From Heptranchias perlo (taxonomy: Eukaryota), in contig NC_090349.1 in assembly GCF_035084215.1 (NCBI RefSeq), positions 9,858,001-9,922,000 of the forward strand: DNA of 64,000 nt, given 5' to 3'. The notes under the pieces are model-generated. The model did not search any database. It was not told the origin of the DNA and saw only the letters and a list, made by a program, of their open reading frames with translations. A program made the position numbers and the translations under genes. Below are positions 49,680 to 61,299 of this stretch, in pieces. Each line of letters begins with the position of its first letter. Within the stretch, counting starts at the first letter, position 1.

Positions 49680-50190
49680 TTTAATTCGTTCATGGGATGT
49701 GGGCGTCGCTGGCGAGGCCGGCATTTATTGCCCATCCCTAATTACACTTGAGCCGCCTTCTTGAACCGTTGCATTCCGTGTGGTGAAGGTTCTCCCACAG
49801 TGCTGTTAGGAAGGGAGTTCCAGGATTTCGACCCAGCGAGGATGAAGGAACGGCGATATATTTCCAAGTCGGGATGGTGTGTGACTTGGAGGGGAACGTG
49901 CAGGTGGTGTTGTTCCCATGTGCCTGCTGCTCTTGTCCTTCTCGGTGGTAGAGGTCGCGGGTTTGGGAGGTGATGTCTAAGAAGCCTTGGTGCGTTGCTG
50001 CAGTGCATCCTGTGGATGGTACACACTGCAGCTATTGTGCGCCGGTGGTGAAGGGAGTGAATGTTTAGGGTGGTGGATGGGGTGCCAATCAAGCGGGCTG
50101 CTTTGTCCTGGATGGTGTCGAGCTTCTTGAGTGTTGTTGGAGCTGCACTCATCCAGGCAAGTGGAGAGTATTCCATCACACTCCTGACTT
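49680..50190 (-). mobile_element. CR1/L2-group LINE family 2, 3' fragment
   Basis: VRSVMEYSPLAWM...SWNSLP in an intact frame, with tail. Confidence 0.88.
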
Positions 50191-50783
50191 CCCTACTATT
50201 ACAGACTCGCAGGACAGGCAAATTCCAAATTAATTTGAAGGTCCAACCTGCTGCTGCTCTGCAACTCACCACTGTGCATGAACCTAACACAAGCTTGCAA
50301 TCAGAAACTCCTCATTCTATCTAAGTCGGTGAAATCGATGACAATGCCCCATACCATCAACAAGTACCATGAGAGTCTTACCGTCAAGTGACGATACAAG
50401 CTGTTTTGCGTGATATTTTATGTTGCACTTACAACAACTCAAAATGCTACAGGAATGCAACCCTACCCTTTCACTCTTTAAAATTTGTATTACAGCATAT
50501 TGAACACAACCATCCCACACAAATTTATGAGGTAGATCAACTGTGCCTTACCTACGAATCTCGCTGATGACATGCATTTTCCCAGTAGTTCAAGTATGCC
50601 AGTGCTCCTCCCCCGACCCACCCCCGCCACCTTGAATTAATATGAATCCGCAATGTGTTGTCATCAGCATAGCAATTCGATCACGTCCAAAAATTGCACT
50701 GTACGAGCCTGTTCACGAGGGCACAAGTACAATGTTAAATTCGTGCAGGCAGCTCATTACAATGAGTCAGGCAGTGCAGCTAG

Positions 50784-51506
50784 TGAGTAAGGATATGGTT
50801 TAAAACAAGAATAGTCAAACATCCCTTCTCGCATAGCACCAAAACGTTTTGGCAAGAGGGCGAATGTTAAAGGGCGGGCAGAGCTCTGTATCTTTGTAAG
50901 AACAAGGGTAGCTTACAGAGCACAATATCAGGGAGGCCATAGAATAGATAGCATTAACGTCAGAAGGTGGTTTACACCAAAACAAGAGATGTGGTTGCTA
51001 AGAAACCGACATTAGTGAGGCCGTACAAGGCCAAATATGGGGGCTGTCCTCAAATAAGACATGCCATGCATTCCTCAAAGGAGCAAACAGTTTGTAAACA
51101 GAAATGAGGGCAGAGGTCTTCAGTTACATTATGTAAAACAGCTTATCTTCAGTTGCTAATGTGGCATCAGCATGGTGCGATGACTTACGAGTAGGCAATA
51201 AGATCAGAGATGCTTACGTGCAGAACAACACTGCCAAATAGTATAAAGATAGGGCATGCTCCCTCCCAAAAGTTATAGCTCTCGCGAGGACAGTCAGAAG
51301 TCGTCGACCCCAGGCCGCCACAGACGTCAGATTTGATCAATCTGAGTCCTCGGGCAAACCAGGTTGTATTAATTGTTTGACATTTAATGTAATCTGAAGA
51401 CAGTTGTACTATAACTATAATACTTTTGTGAATCAATCTATTAAAGCTTGTTGTTTAATAACCACTCAGGCCAGAAACAAGCAGGAGTTATTGTTGAAGG
51501 ATTAAC
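50784..51506 (+). mobile_element. Possible solo LTR
   Basis: TG start, TATAAA ~51242, ATTAAA ~51440, ends TTAACA; no clear TSD. Confidence 0.3.
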
Positions 51507-53243
51507 AACCGTTTTGTTGCCAGACAGTAACGGAAAAATCTGCTAACACAGAGCAATCCTCACTGTCTATTGGCTGCCCGTCTGTTTTAGTGTGCGGAAG
51601 AGGTGACGTCTAACGTCTTTGGCGCCACTTTGAGGCAGCCAACACGTCTTAAAGGGGAGGTGCACTCTGGCTGCAATCAGAGCTCAGGGAAACTTCACAA
51701 TAACGAGAAATGGCTACAACAGGTACAGATACAGCTCCCAGGTTCTCTGGTAGAGCTTTGGAGGGCCTGGTGCAGGTGTCAAATCCTGTATCCTGTGGGG
51801 TATGGGGGGATGGGGGCAAGGGAGGGGGAAGGGGAGAGAGAGTCTTTGACGCAATACCTCTTCCGCCGATGGGAAGAGGTTGATGAGGAAACCAATACAA
51901 GGATCTTAGCTCCAATGACATGGCTTTATTGCCAGAAAAGGTTCTATAACTTCATTAGAATTATCAATGATCAAAATCTTACCTTTCACCTCAATGATTC
52001 TCTCCTCACAGCTGCAGAAAAACCACTCCCAACACTACACTCCCCCGGTTCCTTCAATCCTTTACAATCACTGCATCACATTTCACTCCATCTCCTTCTC
52101 TTCTTACTCACACTCTGCACTTCCTAATCTCATCACTATTGCAACCCTCGCTTCCGAAAAGCCCACATATTAGACACAGCATCTGCACTATTCATTCATG
52201 AAAGACATATTCTCAAAGCAGCTCACAAAGCTCTCACAAACGCACTTCTTTCTAGTAGGAGAAACTCGTGCCAAACATGAGGCAGAAGGCAACGACCATG
52301 GGAGGCCAGGCCCGCCTCTACACCATTTCCCCACTCAAGAAAAATGTGCTGCCCTTCAACTGTTTAAGGTCAATTTAAAAGTTTAAATTTCTAAGTTTCT
52401 GTCAGGCTTCAGCAGAGAGCTGCTGTAGCAAGTTAATTGGTTAGCTAGATTCAATTGGTACTTGAAGGTGGGGCAGGCTTGACTCATCTGATTCTCAACT
52501 GTAGAAATACAGGGGCCTGTCAGTGCGGACAGCACGGTGTGAGGACAACACAGTGTGCTGAGAGTTCGGTAAGTGTGGGAGTTGAAGGGTTAATCTCTTT
52601 AAATCTAGTGCATATTGCTTCAACTGTTTAAGGTCAATTTAAAAGTTTAAATTTCTAAGTTTCTGTCAGGCTTCAGCAGAGAGCTGCTGTAGCAAGTTAA
52701 TTGGTTAGCTAGATTCAATTGGTACTTGAAGGTGGGGCAGGCTTGACTCATCTGAGTCTCAACTGTAGAAATACAGGGGCCTGTCAGTGCGGACAGCACG
52801 GTGTGAGGACAACACAGTGTGCTGAGAGTTCGGTAAGTGTGGGAGTTTGGTGAAGTGGGGGAAGGAGGTGCTGCTTTGCCTTGCTTTTCCTGCAGAGCGG
52901 TAGTGGACCTGAGAGTAGAAGACTGAGATTGTGGAATAAAAGCAGCAGCAGACCTGCACCAAGAGACAAATACTGTGCGACATCACAGGGACTTAACTCC
53001 TGGACCTCAGATAAATAAGAAGCAAAAAGTAATCCAAGTGGGACGTCACCAAGGAAGAGGTAAGTGATTGGCTGGTGAGTATTTTCCTGCTGAATTTGTC
53101 TAAGGTTAGAGTTTGTGGATTCTCTGGTCTCTGTTGTGTAGTGGGGGACTGCTGTTCAGCAAGGGCCCTTGAGTATACCTTTTTAATTGAAGTGAAATTG
53201 GTGGGATTCATTTAATTTGAATTAATTAGTTAAAGGGTAAGTC

Positions 53244-54188
53244 ATGTCAGGACAGTCCAGCCCCGTGTTATGCTCTTCCTGCTCTATGTGGGAAATCAGG
53301 GACCCTTCCGGTGTCCCTGACGACCATGTGTGCGGGAAATGTATCCAGCTGCAGCTACTGACAAACCGCATTGCGGCACTGGAGCTGCGGATGGATTCAT
53401 TATGGAGCATTCGCGATGCTGAGAACGTCGTGGATAGCACGTTTAGTGAGATGGTCACACCGCAGGTAAAGGTTGTACAGGCAGGAAGTAATTGGGTGAC
53501 CACCAGGCAGAGTAAGAAGAGCAGGCAGGCAGTGCAGGGGTCCCCTGTGGCCGTCCCCCTCTTAAACAAATATACCGCTTTGGATATTGTTGAGGGGGAT
53601 GACTTATCAGGGGAAGGCAGCAGCAGCCAACTTCCTGGCACCAGGGGTAGCTCTTCTGCACAGGCTGGGAGGAAAAAGAGTGGAAGAGCTATAGTGGTAG
53701 GGGATTCTATCGTAAGGGGAACAGACAGGCGTTTCTGTGGCCGTAAACGTGACTCCAGGATGGTTTGTTGCCTCCCTGGTGCCAGGGTCATGGATGTCAC
53801 TGAGCGGCTACAGGGCATTCTCAAGGGGGAGGGTGAGCAGGCAGAGGTCGTGGTCCACATTGGGACCAACGACATAGGTAGGAAGGGAGATGAGGTCCTG
53901 CATCAAGAATTTAGGGAGCTAGGTAGCAGATTAAAGAGCAGGACCTCAAAGGTTGTAATCTCTGGATTACTCCCAGTGCCACGGGCTAGTGAGTATAGAA
54001 ATAGGAGGATAGAACAGATGAATGCGTGGCTAAAGAGTTGGTGCAGGAGGGAGGGTTTCAGTTTCCTGGATCACTGGGCCTGCTTCTGGGGAAGGTGGGA
54101 CTTGTACAAGTCGGACGGGTTGCACCTGAACCAGAGCGGGACAAATATCCTTGCGGGGAGGTTTGCTAGCACTGTTGGGGGGGTTTAA
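53244..54188 (+). CDS. CR1 ORF1 (CxxC..CxxC zinc finger/coiled coil plus SGNH esterase)
   Basis: CSSC..CGKC; GDSI, PGA, HIGTND, DGLH blocks. Confidence 0.92.
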   Translation: MSGQSSPVLCSSCSMWEIRDPSGVPDDHVCGKCIQLQLLTNRIAALELRMDSLWSIRDAENVVDSTFSEMVTPQVKVVQAGSNWVTTRQSKKSRQAVQGSPVAVPLLNKYTALDIVEGDDLSGEGSSSQLPGTRGSSSAQAGRKKSGRAIVVGDSIVRGTDRRFCGRKRDSRMVCCLPGARVMDVTERLQGILKGEGEQAEVVVHIGTNDIGRKGDEVLHQEFRELGSRLKSRTSKVVISGLLPVPRASEYRNRRIEQMNAWLKSWCRREGFSFLDHWACFWGRWDLYKSDGLHLNQSGTNILAGRFASTVGGV

Positions 54189-57111
54189 ACTAACTTGGCA
54201 GGGGGATGGGATACAGAGTGGAGCTACAATAGGGGGTGATGTGCAGCCAAATATAGAGAAAAAAACAAGTCAGCTTGGAAGACAGGGCAAATATGTAAGG
54301 GCAAGGCTGGATGGCATCTATTTTAATGCAAGGAGTCTTGCGAATAAGGTGGATGAACTGAAGGTGTTGATAAACACATGGAAGTATGATATTGTTGCTG
54401 TCACAGAGACATGGTTGAGGGAGGGGCAAGACTGGCAGCTCAATATTCCGGGGTACAGAATCTTCAGGCGAGACAGAGGGGGAGGTATAAGAGGAGGGGG
54501 GGTCGCAATATTAATTAAAGAATCAATTACTGCCATAAGGAGGGATGATATATTAGCAGGTTCCTCTAATGAGGCCATATGGGTGGAGCTTAAAAACAAA
54601 AAGGGGGCAAGCACTTTGATGGGAGTGTACTATAGGCCCCCAAACAGTCAGGGGGAGATCGAGGAACAGATATGTAGGCAAATCTCAGAAAATTGTGCAA
54701 ATAATAGGGTAATAATAGTGGGGGATTTCAACTTCCCCAATATTAACTGGGATACTCAGAGTGTAAAAGGCTTAGAGGGTACAAAATTCTTAACGTGCAT
54801 CCAGGAGAGCTTTTTGAGCCAGCATGTAGAAAGTCCTACAAGAGAGGGGGCGGTACTGGACCTAATTCTAGGGAATGTGGCCGGCCAAGTGGAAGAAGTG
54901 CTAGTAGGTGAGCACTTTGGTGACAGTGACCATAATTCGGTGAGATTTAAGGTGGTCATGGAAAAGGACAGGGAGGGGCCGGAAATAAAGGTTCTAAATT
55001 GGGGGAAGGCCGATTTTAATAGGATAAGGCAGGATCTGGCCAAAATGGACTGGGATCAGCTGCTTGTAGGAAAATCCGCATCGGAGCAATGGGAGTCTTT
55101 CAGAAGGGAGATTGAGACCATACAATGGCAACATGTTCCCGTAAAGGTCAAGGGTGGTTCCAAGAACTCCAGGGAACCTTGGATGTCAGGGGATATACGA
55201 GAATGGATTAGGAAAAAAAGGAGGGCTTTTGGCAGATACAAAAGGCTAAAGACGGAGGAAGCCCTAGAGGAGTACAAAAAGTGCAGGGGGATACTTAAAA
55301 AAGAAATTAGGAGATCAAGGAGGGGCCATGAAATAACACTGGCGAGCAAAATAAAGGAAAATCCTAAGATGTTTTATAAGTATATTAAGGGTAAGAGGAT
55401 GACTAGGGAAAAAATAGGGCCCATTAGGGACAAAAATGGCAATCTGTGTGTGGAGCCGGCAGATGTAGGAGGGGTTCTAAATGAATTTTTTGCATCTGTT
55501 TTCACTATGGAGAAGGACGATGTAGACATAGAAATACGGCAGGGGGACTGTGATATACTCGAACATATTAACATCGAGCGGGAGGAGGTATTGGCGGTTT
55601 TAGTAGGCCTAAAAATGGATAAATCCCCAGGCCCGGACGAAATGTATCCCAGGCTACTGTGTGAGGCAAAGGAGGAGATTGCGGGGGCTCTGACACATAT
55701 ATTCAGAACCTCTCTGGCCACAGGGGATGTGCCAGAGGACTGGAGAACCGCTAATGTAATACCATTATTCAAGAAGGGGAGTAGGGAAAAACCGGGGAAC
55801 TACAGGCCAGTGAGCCTAACATCAGTGGTAGGAAAATTATTGGAAAAAATTCTGAAGGACAAAATTAGTCTCCACTTGGAGAAGCAAGGATTAATCAGGG
55901 ATAGTCAACATGGCTTTGTCAAGGGAAAATCATGTCTGACTAATTTGATTGAATTTTTTGAGGGGGTGACTAGGCGTGTGGATGAGGGTAACGCAGTGGA
56001 TGTGGTATACATGGATTTCAGTAAGGCCTTCGATAAAGTCCCCCACAGGAGACTGGTCAAGAAGGTACGAGCCCATGGAATCCAGGGTGCCTTGGCACTT
56101 TGGATACAAAACTGGCTTAGTGGCAGAAGGCAGAGGGTGATGGTCGAAGGTTGTTTTTGTGACTGGAAGCCTGTGGCCAGTGGGGTACCACAGGGATCGG
56201 TGCTGGGTCCCTTGCTGTTTGTGGTCTACATTAATGACTTGGATATGAATGTAAAAGGTATGATCAGTAAGTTCGCTGATGATACAAAGATTGGTAGGGT
56301 GGTAAATAGCGAGGAGGATAGCCTCAGTCTGCAGGACGATATAGATGGGTTGGTCAGATGGGCGGAACAGTGGCAAATGGAATTTAACCCGGAAAAGTGC
56401 GAGGTGATGCACTTTGGAGGGACTAACAAGGCAAGGGAATACACAATGAATGGGAGGACCCTAGGCAAGACAGAGGGTCAGAGGGATCTTGGTGTGCAAG
56501 TTCACAGATCCCTGAAGGCGGCGGAACAGGTAGATAAGGTGGTAAAGAAGGCATATGGGATACTTGCCTTTATTAGCCGAGGCATAGAATATAAGAGCAA
56601 GGAGGTTATGATGGAGCTGTATAAAACACTGGTTAGGCCACAGCTGGAGTACTGTGTGCAGTTCTGGTCGCCACACTACAGGAAGGATGTGATCGCTTTG
56701 GAGAGGGTGCAGAGGAGATTCACCAGGATGTTACCAGGGCTGGAGCGCTTCAGCTATGAAGAGAGACTGGGAAGATTGGGTTTGTTTTCCTTGGAGCAGA
56801 GGAGGCTGAGGGGGGACATGATTGAGGTGTACAAAATTATGAGGGGCACAGATAGGATGGATACTAAGGAGCTTTTTCCCTTCGTTGAGGGTTCTATAAC
56901 AAGGGGACATAGATTCAAGGTAAAAGGCGGGAGGTTTAGAGGGGATTTGAGAAAGAACTTTTTCACCCAGAGGGTGGTTGGAGTCTGGAACTCACTGCCT
57001 GAAAGGGTTGTGGAGGCAGGAACCCTCACAACATTCAAGAAGCATTTGGATGAGCACTTGAAATGCCATAGCATACAAGGCTACGGACCAAATGCTGGAA
57101 TATGGGATTAG
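54151..57111 (+). CDS. CR1 ORF2 (APE endonuclease plus reverse transcriptase); start undefined
   Basis: YFNARS, VTETW, GDFN, SDH; KSPGPD, NYRPVSL, DFSKAFD, PQGSVLGP, FADD; 986 codons open. Confidence 0.95.
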   Translation: MRGGLLALLGGFKLTWQGDGIQSGATIGGDVQPNIEKKTSQLGRQGKYVRARLDGIYFNARSLANKVDELKVLINTWKYDIVAVTETWLREGQDWQLNIPGYRIFRRDRGGGIRGGGVAILIKESITAIRRDDILAGSSNEAIWVELKNKKGASTLMGVYYRPPNSQGEIEEQICRQISENCANNRVIIVGDFNFPNINWDTQSVKGLEGTKFLTCIQESFLSQHVESPTREGAVLDLILGNVAGQVEEVLVGEHFGDSDHNSVRFKVVMEKDREGPEIKVLNWGKADFNRIRQDLAKMDWDQLLVGKSASEQWESFRREIETIQWQHVPVKVKGGSKNSREPWMSGDIREWIRKKRRAFGRYKRLKTEEALEEYKKCRGILKKEIRRSRRGHEITLASKIKENPKMFYKYIKGKRMTREKIGPIRDKNGNLCVEPADVGGVLNEFFASVFTMEKDDVDIEIRQGDCDILEHINIEREEVLAVLVGLKMDKSPGPDEMYPRLLCEAKEEIAGALTHIFRTSLATGDVPEDWRTANVIPLFKKGSREKPGNYRPVSLTSVVGKLLEKILKDKISLHLEKQGLIRDSQHGFVKGKSCLTNLIEFFEGVTRRVDEGNAVDVVYMDFSKAFDKVPHRRLVKKVRAHGIQGALALWIQNWLSGRRQRVMVEGCFCDWKPVASGVPQGSVLGPLLFVVYINDLDMNVKGMISKFADDTKIGRVVNSEEDSLSLQDDIDGLVRWAEQWQMEFNPEKCEVMHFGGTNKAREYTMNGRTLGKTEGQRDLGVQVHRSLKAAEQVDKVVKKAYGILAFISRGIEYKSKEVMMELYKTLVRPQLEYCVQFWSPHYRKDVIALERVQRRFTRMLPGLERFSYEERLGRLGLFSLEQRRLRGDMIEVYKIMRGTDRMDTKELFPFVEGSITRGHRFKVKGGRFRGDLRKNFFTQRVVGVWNSLPERVVEAGTLTTFKKHLDEHLKCHSIQGYGPNAGIWD

Positions 57112-58769
57112 AGTAGACAGGGCTGATGGCCGGCGCGGACACGATGGGCCGAAGGGCCTCTATCCGTGCTGTATGACTCTATGACTCTATGACTCTAAGG
57201 GCAGGGGGAAGTTATGTTCATGGCGAGTGGCAGTGCTGGAGGAGATGTTGTGCAGGATTTCTTCACCCCTTCTCCTCCTATTTCCTTCTCACTTCCAACT
57301 TACCCTGCACACATTGCATGGCAAACTGCAATTGCTTTCAGAAGCTTCTCATCTCTCTCTGCTCTCCCTTCACACTAAAAAGTGACCCTTGTCCCTCTCT
57401 TTCATTTCAGGTGCTGAAAATATTTTGACCCCAGTGCTACTTTAGGAAGAGCAGGCCAGTGTTCCTGAAGATGCAGTGTTCTCAATCTGACCACAAGCAC
57501 AGAGACTGGCACTCAACACACTTTAGAGAATCGATTAAAGTAAGAGACTTGAGGTGGTGAATCACCAGACACAAGTGTGCAGAAGCTAGGGCAGGGGGAT
57601 AGGACGCCACAGGTGCTAGCTCCATCAACATGACAGTGGGGAAAACTATGATGTAGCCTCTGTTGACAGCTCTGACAGCTCTCATAGCTTGGCTCTGGGG
57701 GCCGCTGTTGGCAGGGTCTTCTAGATCGTCACTTCACTGCTGCTCTCTGTCACGTACAGGTGTAATGGTGTGCCATGTCAGGAGAGAAAATCTTGGCTGA
57801 ATAGGAGAAGCACCTAAGGTCCTCTCTCAAGACAACAGCAAGCCTGCGCCCCTGCTACCTACTCTGCCAGTACTCTTGTCAGTGCGACACAGCCAGCTCG
57901 GCCAGATTGCCCCGGTCCATGCCGAAATGCTGCAGTCTGTTGCTGAGCCCTCAAGGCCCAGAGCTGCTTGATGGTACCAAACACAGCCATCTGAACTATC
58001 TTCAATGGGAGCTCAGTAGCATTCCACTTTGGAAAATGTAACCACTGAGGGCACACGTCGTAGCCACACGAGTAAAGGTGAACATGCACAGAACGCGGAC
58101 ACGAAGGGTGATTCTTAATTTTTCGTGTTAACTATTATACACATATGGAATAGATTTGTTGGAGGAATTTTTTTCTGGATTTGTTGTTGGTGTAATGAAG
58201 TGAGGGCAAAACACATCGGGCTTGACTGCAGGAAGGCAACCAGATGGTGGTAGTAAGGACGGTGGTGATAAGGATTGTGCGACTGTCGGTGTATTGGGTA
58301 TTTGGGGGGTGGGTGGTGGGGGGCTTGTGGCACACTTCTCATAGATCAGCTCTGTCTGTGCAAGGGTTCCCGACAGGAGTTGAGCCATGTCAGGAAGGGA
58401 TACTCCTTGTCACCCAGAAGCCAACCTGTGACATGACAGCATGGTTGGATTAAAGGCAGCACATAGGACTGCCTCATGATGGATGAATTATGACTGCTGT
58501 CTGAAACTGGGCACAGACCTGCATGATGGCCTGTGATCGCAAACAAGTTGGATATGGTACGATTTGCAGTGAAGTGAAAGCTGCTCCACAGCGACCCCAA
58601 TGGTGAGAGATGGGTATCTCTTTCAAGTGCACTCAAACGGCAGTGATTTTAGTCAAAACTGCTTGCTGTCCACGGGAAACGCAGCTAAACGAATAAAAAT
58701 CCAATCTAATACAGAAATTATCGGCGTATGTTGAGTTGGGAGGGACTAACTCTTTACAACTTGGAATTG

Positions 58770-59258
58770 TCCTTGAAAATGCATTGTTACCTCTAGACTT
58801 GACTATTGCATTGCTCCCCTGGCTGGTCACCCATCTTCCACCCTCCATAAACTTGAGCTTATCCAAAACTCCGCTGCCTGTATCCTAACTCACACCAAGT
58901 CCCGTTCACCCATAATTCCACTGCTCGCTTACCTATATTGACTACTGTTCCTGGAACGCCTTGATTTTAAAATTCTCATCCTTGTTTTCAAATCCTTCCA
59001 TGGCCTCGCCCCTCCCTAACTCTGTAACCTCTTCCATGTCTACAATCCAACGAGATCTCTGCGCTCCTCCAATACATGCCTCTTGCGCATCCAGATTTTA
59101 ATCGCTCCACCGGGAGTGCCTTCAGCTGCCTAGGCCCCAAGCTCTGGAATTCCCTCCTTAAACTTCTCAGCCTCTCTAACTCTCTCTCCTCCTTTAAGAC
59201 GTTCCTTGAAACCTAACTCTTTGACCAAACTTTTGTTCACCTGTCCTACTATCTCCTT
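58770..59258 (+). mobile_element. L2 3' fragment, truncated by Harbinger B
   Basis: QNSAA...PKLWNSL...FK..LKT-type remnant; tail breaks at ...ATCTCCTT. Confidence 0.75.
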
Positions 59259-59785
59259 GTGCTTGATTTTCAGGTGAAGGAGCAGGTGCGTTGGGGCGGG
59301 GAGGGGAACTCCGAAAATCGCTGAAATCCCGAGCGGATTCAGAGCCCTCAACCCGCCGACTTCTGGGTTCCCCAGTGACGCGTCCGGGTGCATGCACACC
59401 TCCCGAGTGCGGAAGTCCCAGCGGGATGACACTTTGCATAGTTTGTCAGCTAGTTGAAGCACTTGAAATACTTAATTGCCTCAACATTTTGGCAGAGCTG
59501 CGATTTTGAATGATCCTCAGCGTGTTTCCTGTGCTGTGGGAAACATTCCCTGTTGCAACAGACATGTTTCAGTCAGCACCCAGTGGGAGATGCAAATGCT
59601 TATTTGACAGTTGGGGAGAAAACGTCATTTATTGCAGCAGGGCACCCTGTCACTTCAGACAATGTTTTAGCTGCAAGACCTTTGTGTTTTCACTCAAAAT
59701 TCTTACTTTCCACCCAAAACTGTTCAAATATATTTAACTACTTTGCCGACTCCCACAAACTCACACCGTCAGGATCGGGGGTGCC

Positions 59786-60700
59786 ATGGCTGCATTCACT
59801 ATGACATCCGAGGACGAGCAACATTACCAGCCTCGCCAGGCACGACGTCCATCTCCACCAAATGGAGCTCCACAACACAGTGCTGCACCACAGGCACCTG
59901 TACAAGAGCAGAGAGGGCAACAACAAAGAGACCAACGTCGTCAGAGGCACTACCCTCGCCACAGGGTCTACAGACTGAGGGTCAGCTTCCTGGACCTCTC
60001 TGAGGTGCGGTGCATACGGAGGTTCAGAGTTAGTCACCAGGTAGTCGCAGACATGTGCAACCTCCTTCATGTCACGCTGCTCCCGGCTGTGCCGAGCACC
60101 ATCGCCTTACCTGTCGCTGTCAAAGTCACCACTGCTCTCAACTTCTTCACCTCCGGATCATTCCAGAGTGCCACAGCGGACATCACCGGGGTCTCTCAGT
60201 TTTGTGCACACAAGTGCATAAGGCAGGTCACCAAAGGCTTGTTACGACCTCAGCCAGATGGAGAGGGCAGTGGGATACCACGCTGTGGCTGGCTTCCCAC
60301 GGGTGCAGGGTGCAATCGATTGCACCCATATAGCAATACGAGCACCTCCACACGAGCCAGGACTGTTCATCAACAGGAAGGGCTATCACTCCATCAACAC
60401 TCAACTGATTTATGGCCACCACAAAAGATTCCTTCACATGTGCGCCAGATTCCCTGGCAGCTGCCACGATTCCTTCATCCTCGCATTATAGTCATGTTTT
60501 GTGCCCTGCACAACATGGCACATCAGAGAGTGGTGCCGCTTGAGGAGGCCCCATCCACTTCTGCCACCCACATTGAGGAGGAGGAGGAGTAGGAGGAGGA
60601 GCAGGAGCAACCCATGGGCAGAGCAGTGGCTCACCTGGCTGCGTGAGAGGCCAGGGAGTCACTGATATGTGAACAGTTCTCCAAACATCAGACAGTGTGA
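59786..60700 (+). pseudogene. HARBI1-like Harbinger transposase, frameshifted and internally deleted
   Basis: ALNFFTSGSFQ..G.SQ; GAIDCTHI, NRKG.HSIN.Q, PGSCHDSFIL; jumps directly to CALHN, so the GD.GY and catalytic E segment is missing. Confidence 0.88.
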
Positions 60701-61299
60701 AGAGTCCAGTCGTCACACCATCTGGATAGAGCAGCGCCCACACCAGTCCTCCCCCACCCCTCCACCCCTCCCTGCACAAAACATTCCTGCAACTACACAT
60801 ACACCCACTGTAAAGTGACCCAATGGGTGGCATCAAGTGTCGGCGTTAATGGTGAACCTCATGAAAGGGCCTTATTACGCAAGCCAGTCAAGAATGGCCA
60901 AGACGTGGCAGTAGTGGTAACAATAAGAATAATTAATGTGAGTTTAACAAAAAGCAAATAAAAATAAAAAACATGATCAACCATTAAACGCCCTTGTGCC
61001 CTTACAAAACACCCTTACAAAACCTTTGCCTTTCACTTTCAACTATTTCTAAGTTGGAGCAGAGGTAGTGGCAGGGTGTTCTTGTTCATGCCATGACTGA
61101 TTAGATGCTTTGGGGCTATGCCCTCTGGCTTTTGGTGCCCGTGAGAGCCCCTTCAAGGAATGCTCCACCTGCACCTGTGCAGGGGCAGACTCGGCCACGT
61201 GGAGAGCAGGCAGCATTGCGGGTACTGTTTGAGTGGGGGGAACGGGTGATATGTGGGAGTGGTTTGAGTGGCGTCCCCAGTTCCATGTCCCCTTTCGCC

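Larger units (their letters stand above)
52354..57197 (+). mobile_element. Full-length CR1 (HER1-type) LINE with uninterrupted ORFs
   Basis: 5' UTR, ORF1, ORF2 and (ATGACTCT)n 3' tail at 57173-57196. Confidence 0.95.
51540..58650. mobile_element. Decayed PIF/Harbinger element A (Myb/SANT gene on +, transposase remnant on -), interrupted by the full-length CR1
   Basis: APRFS..ALE.LV and WEEV...TW.YCQKRF at 51710-51970; SSHNSSIMRQS...GWLLGDKEYP..WL at 58346-58520. Confidence 0.7.
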
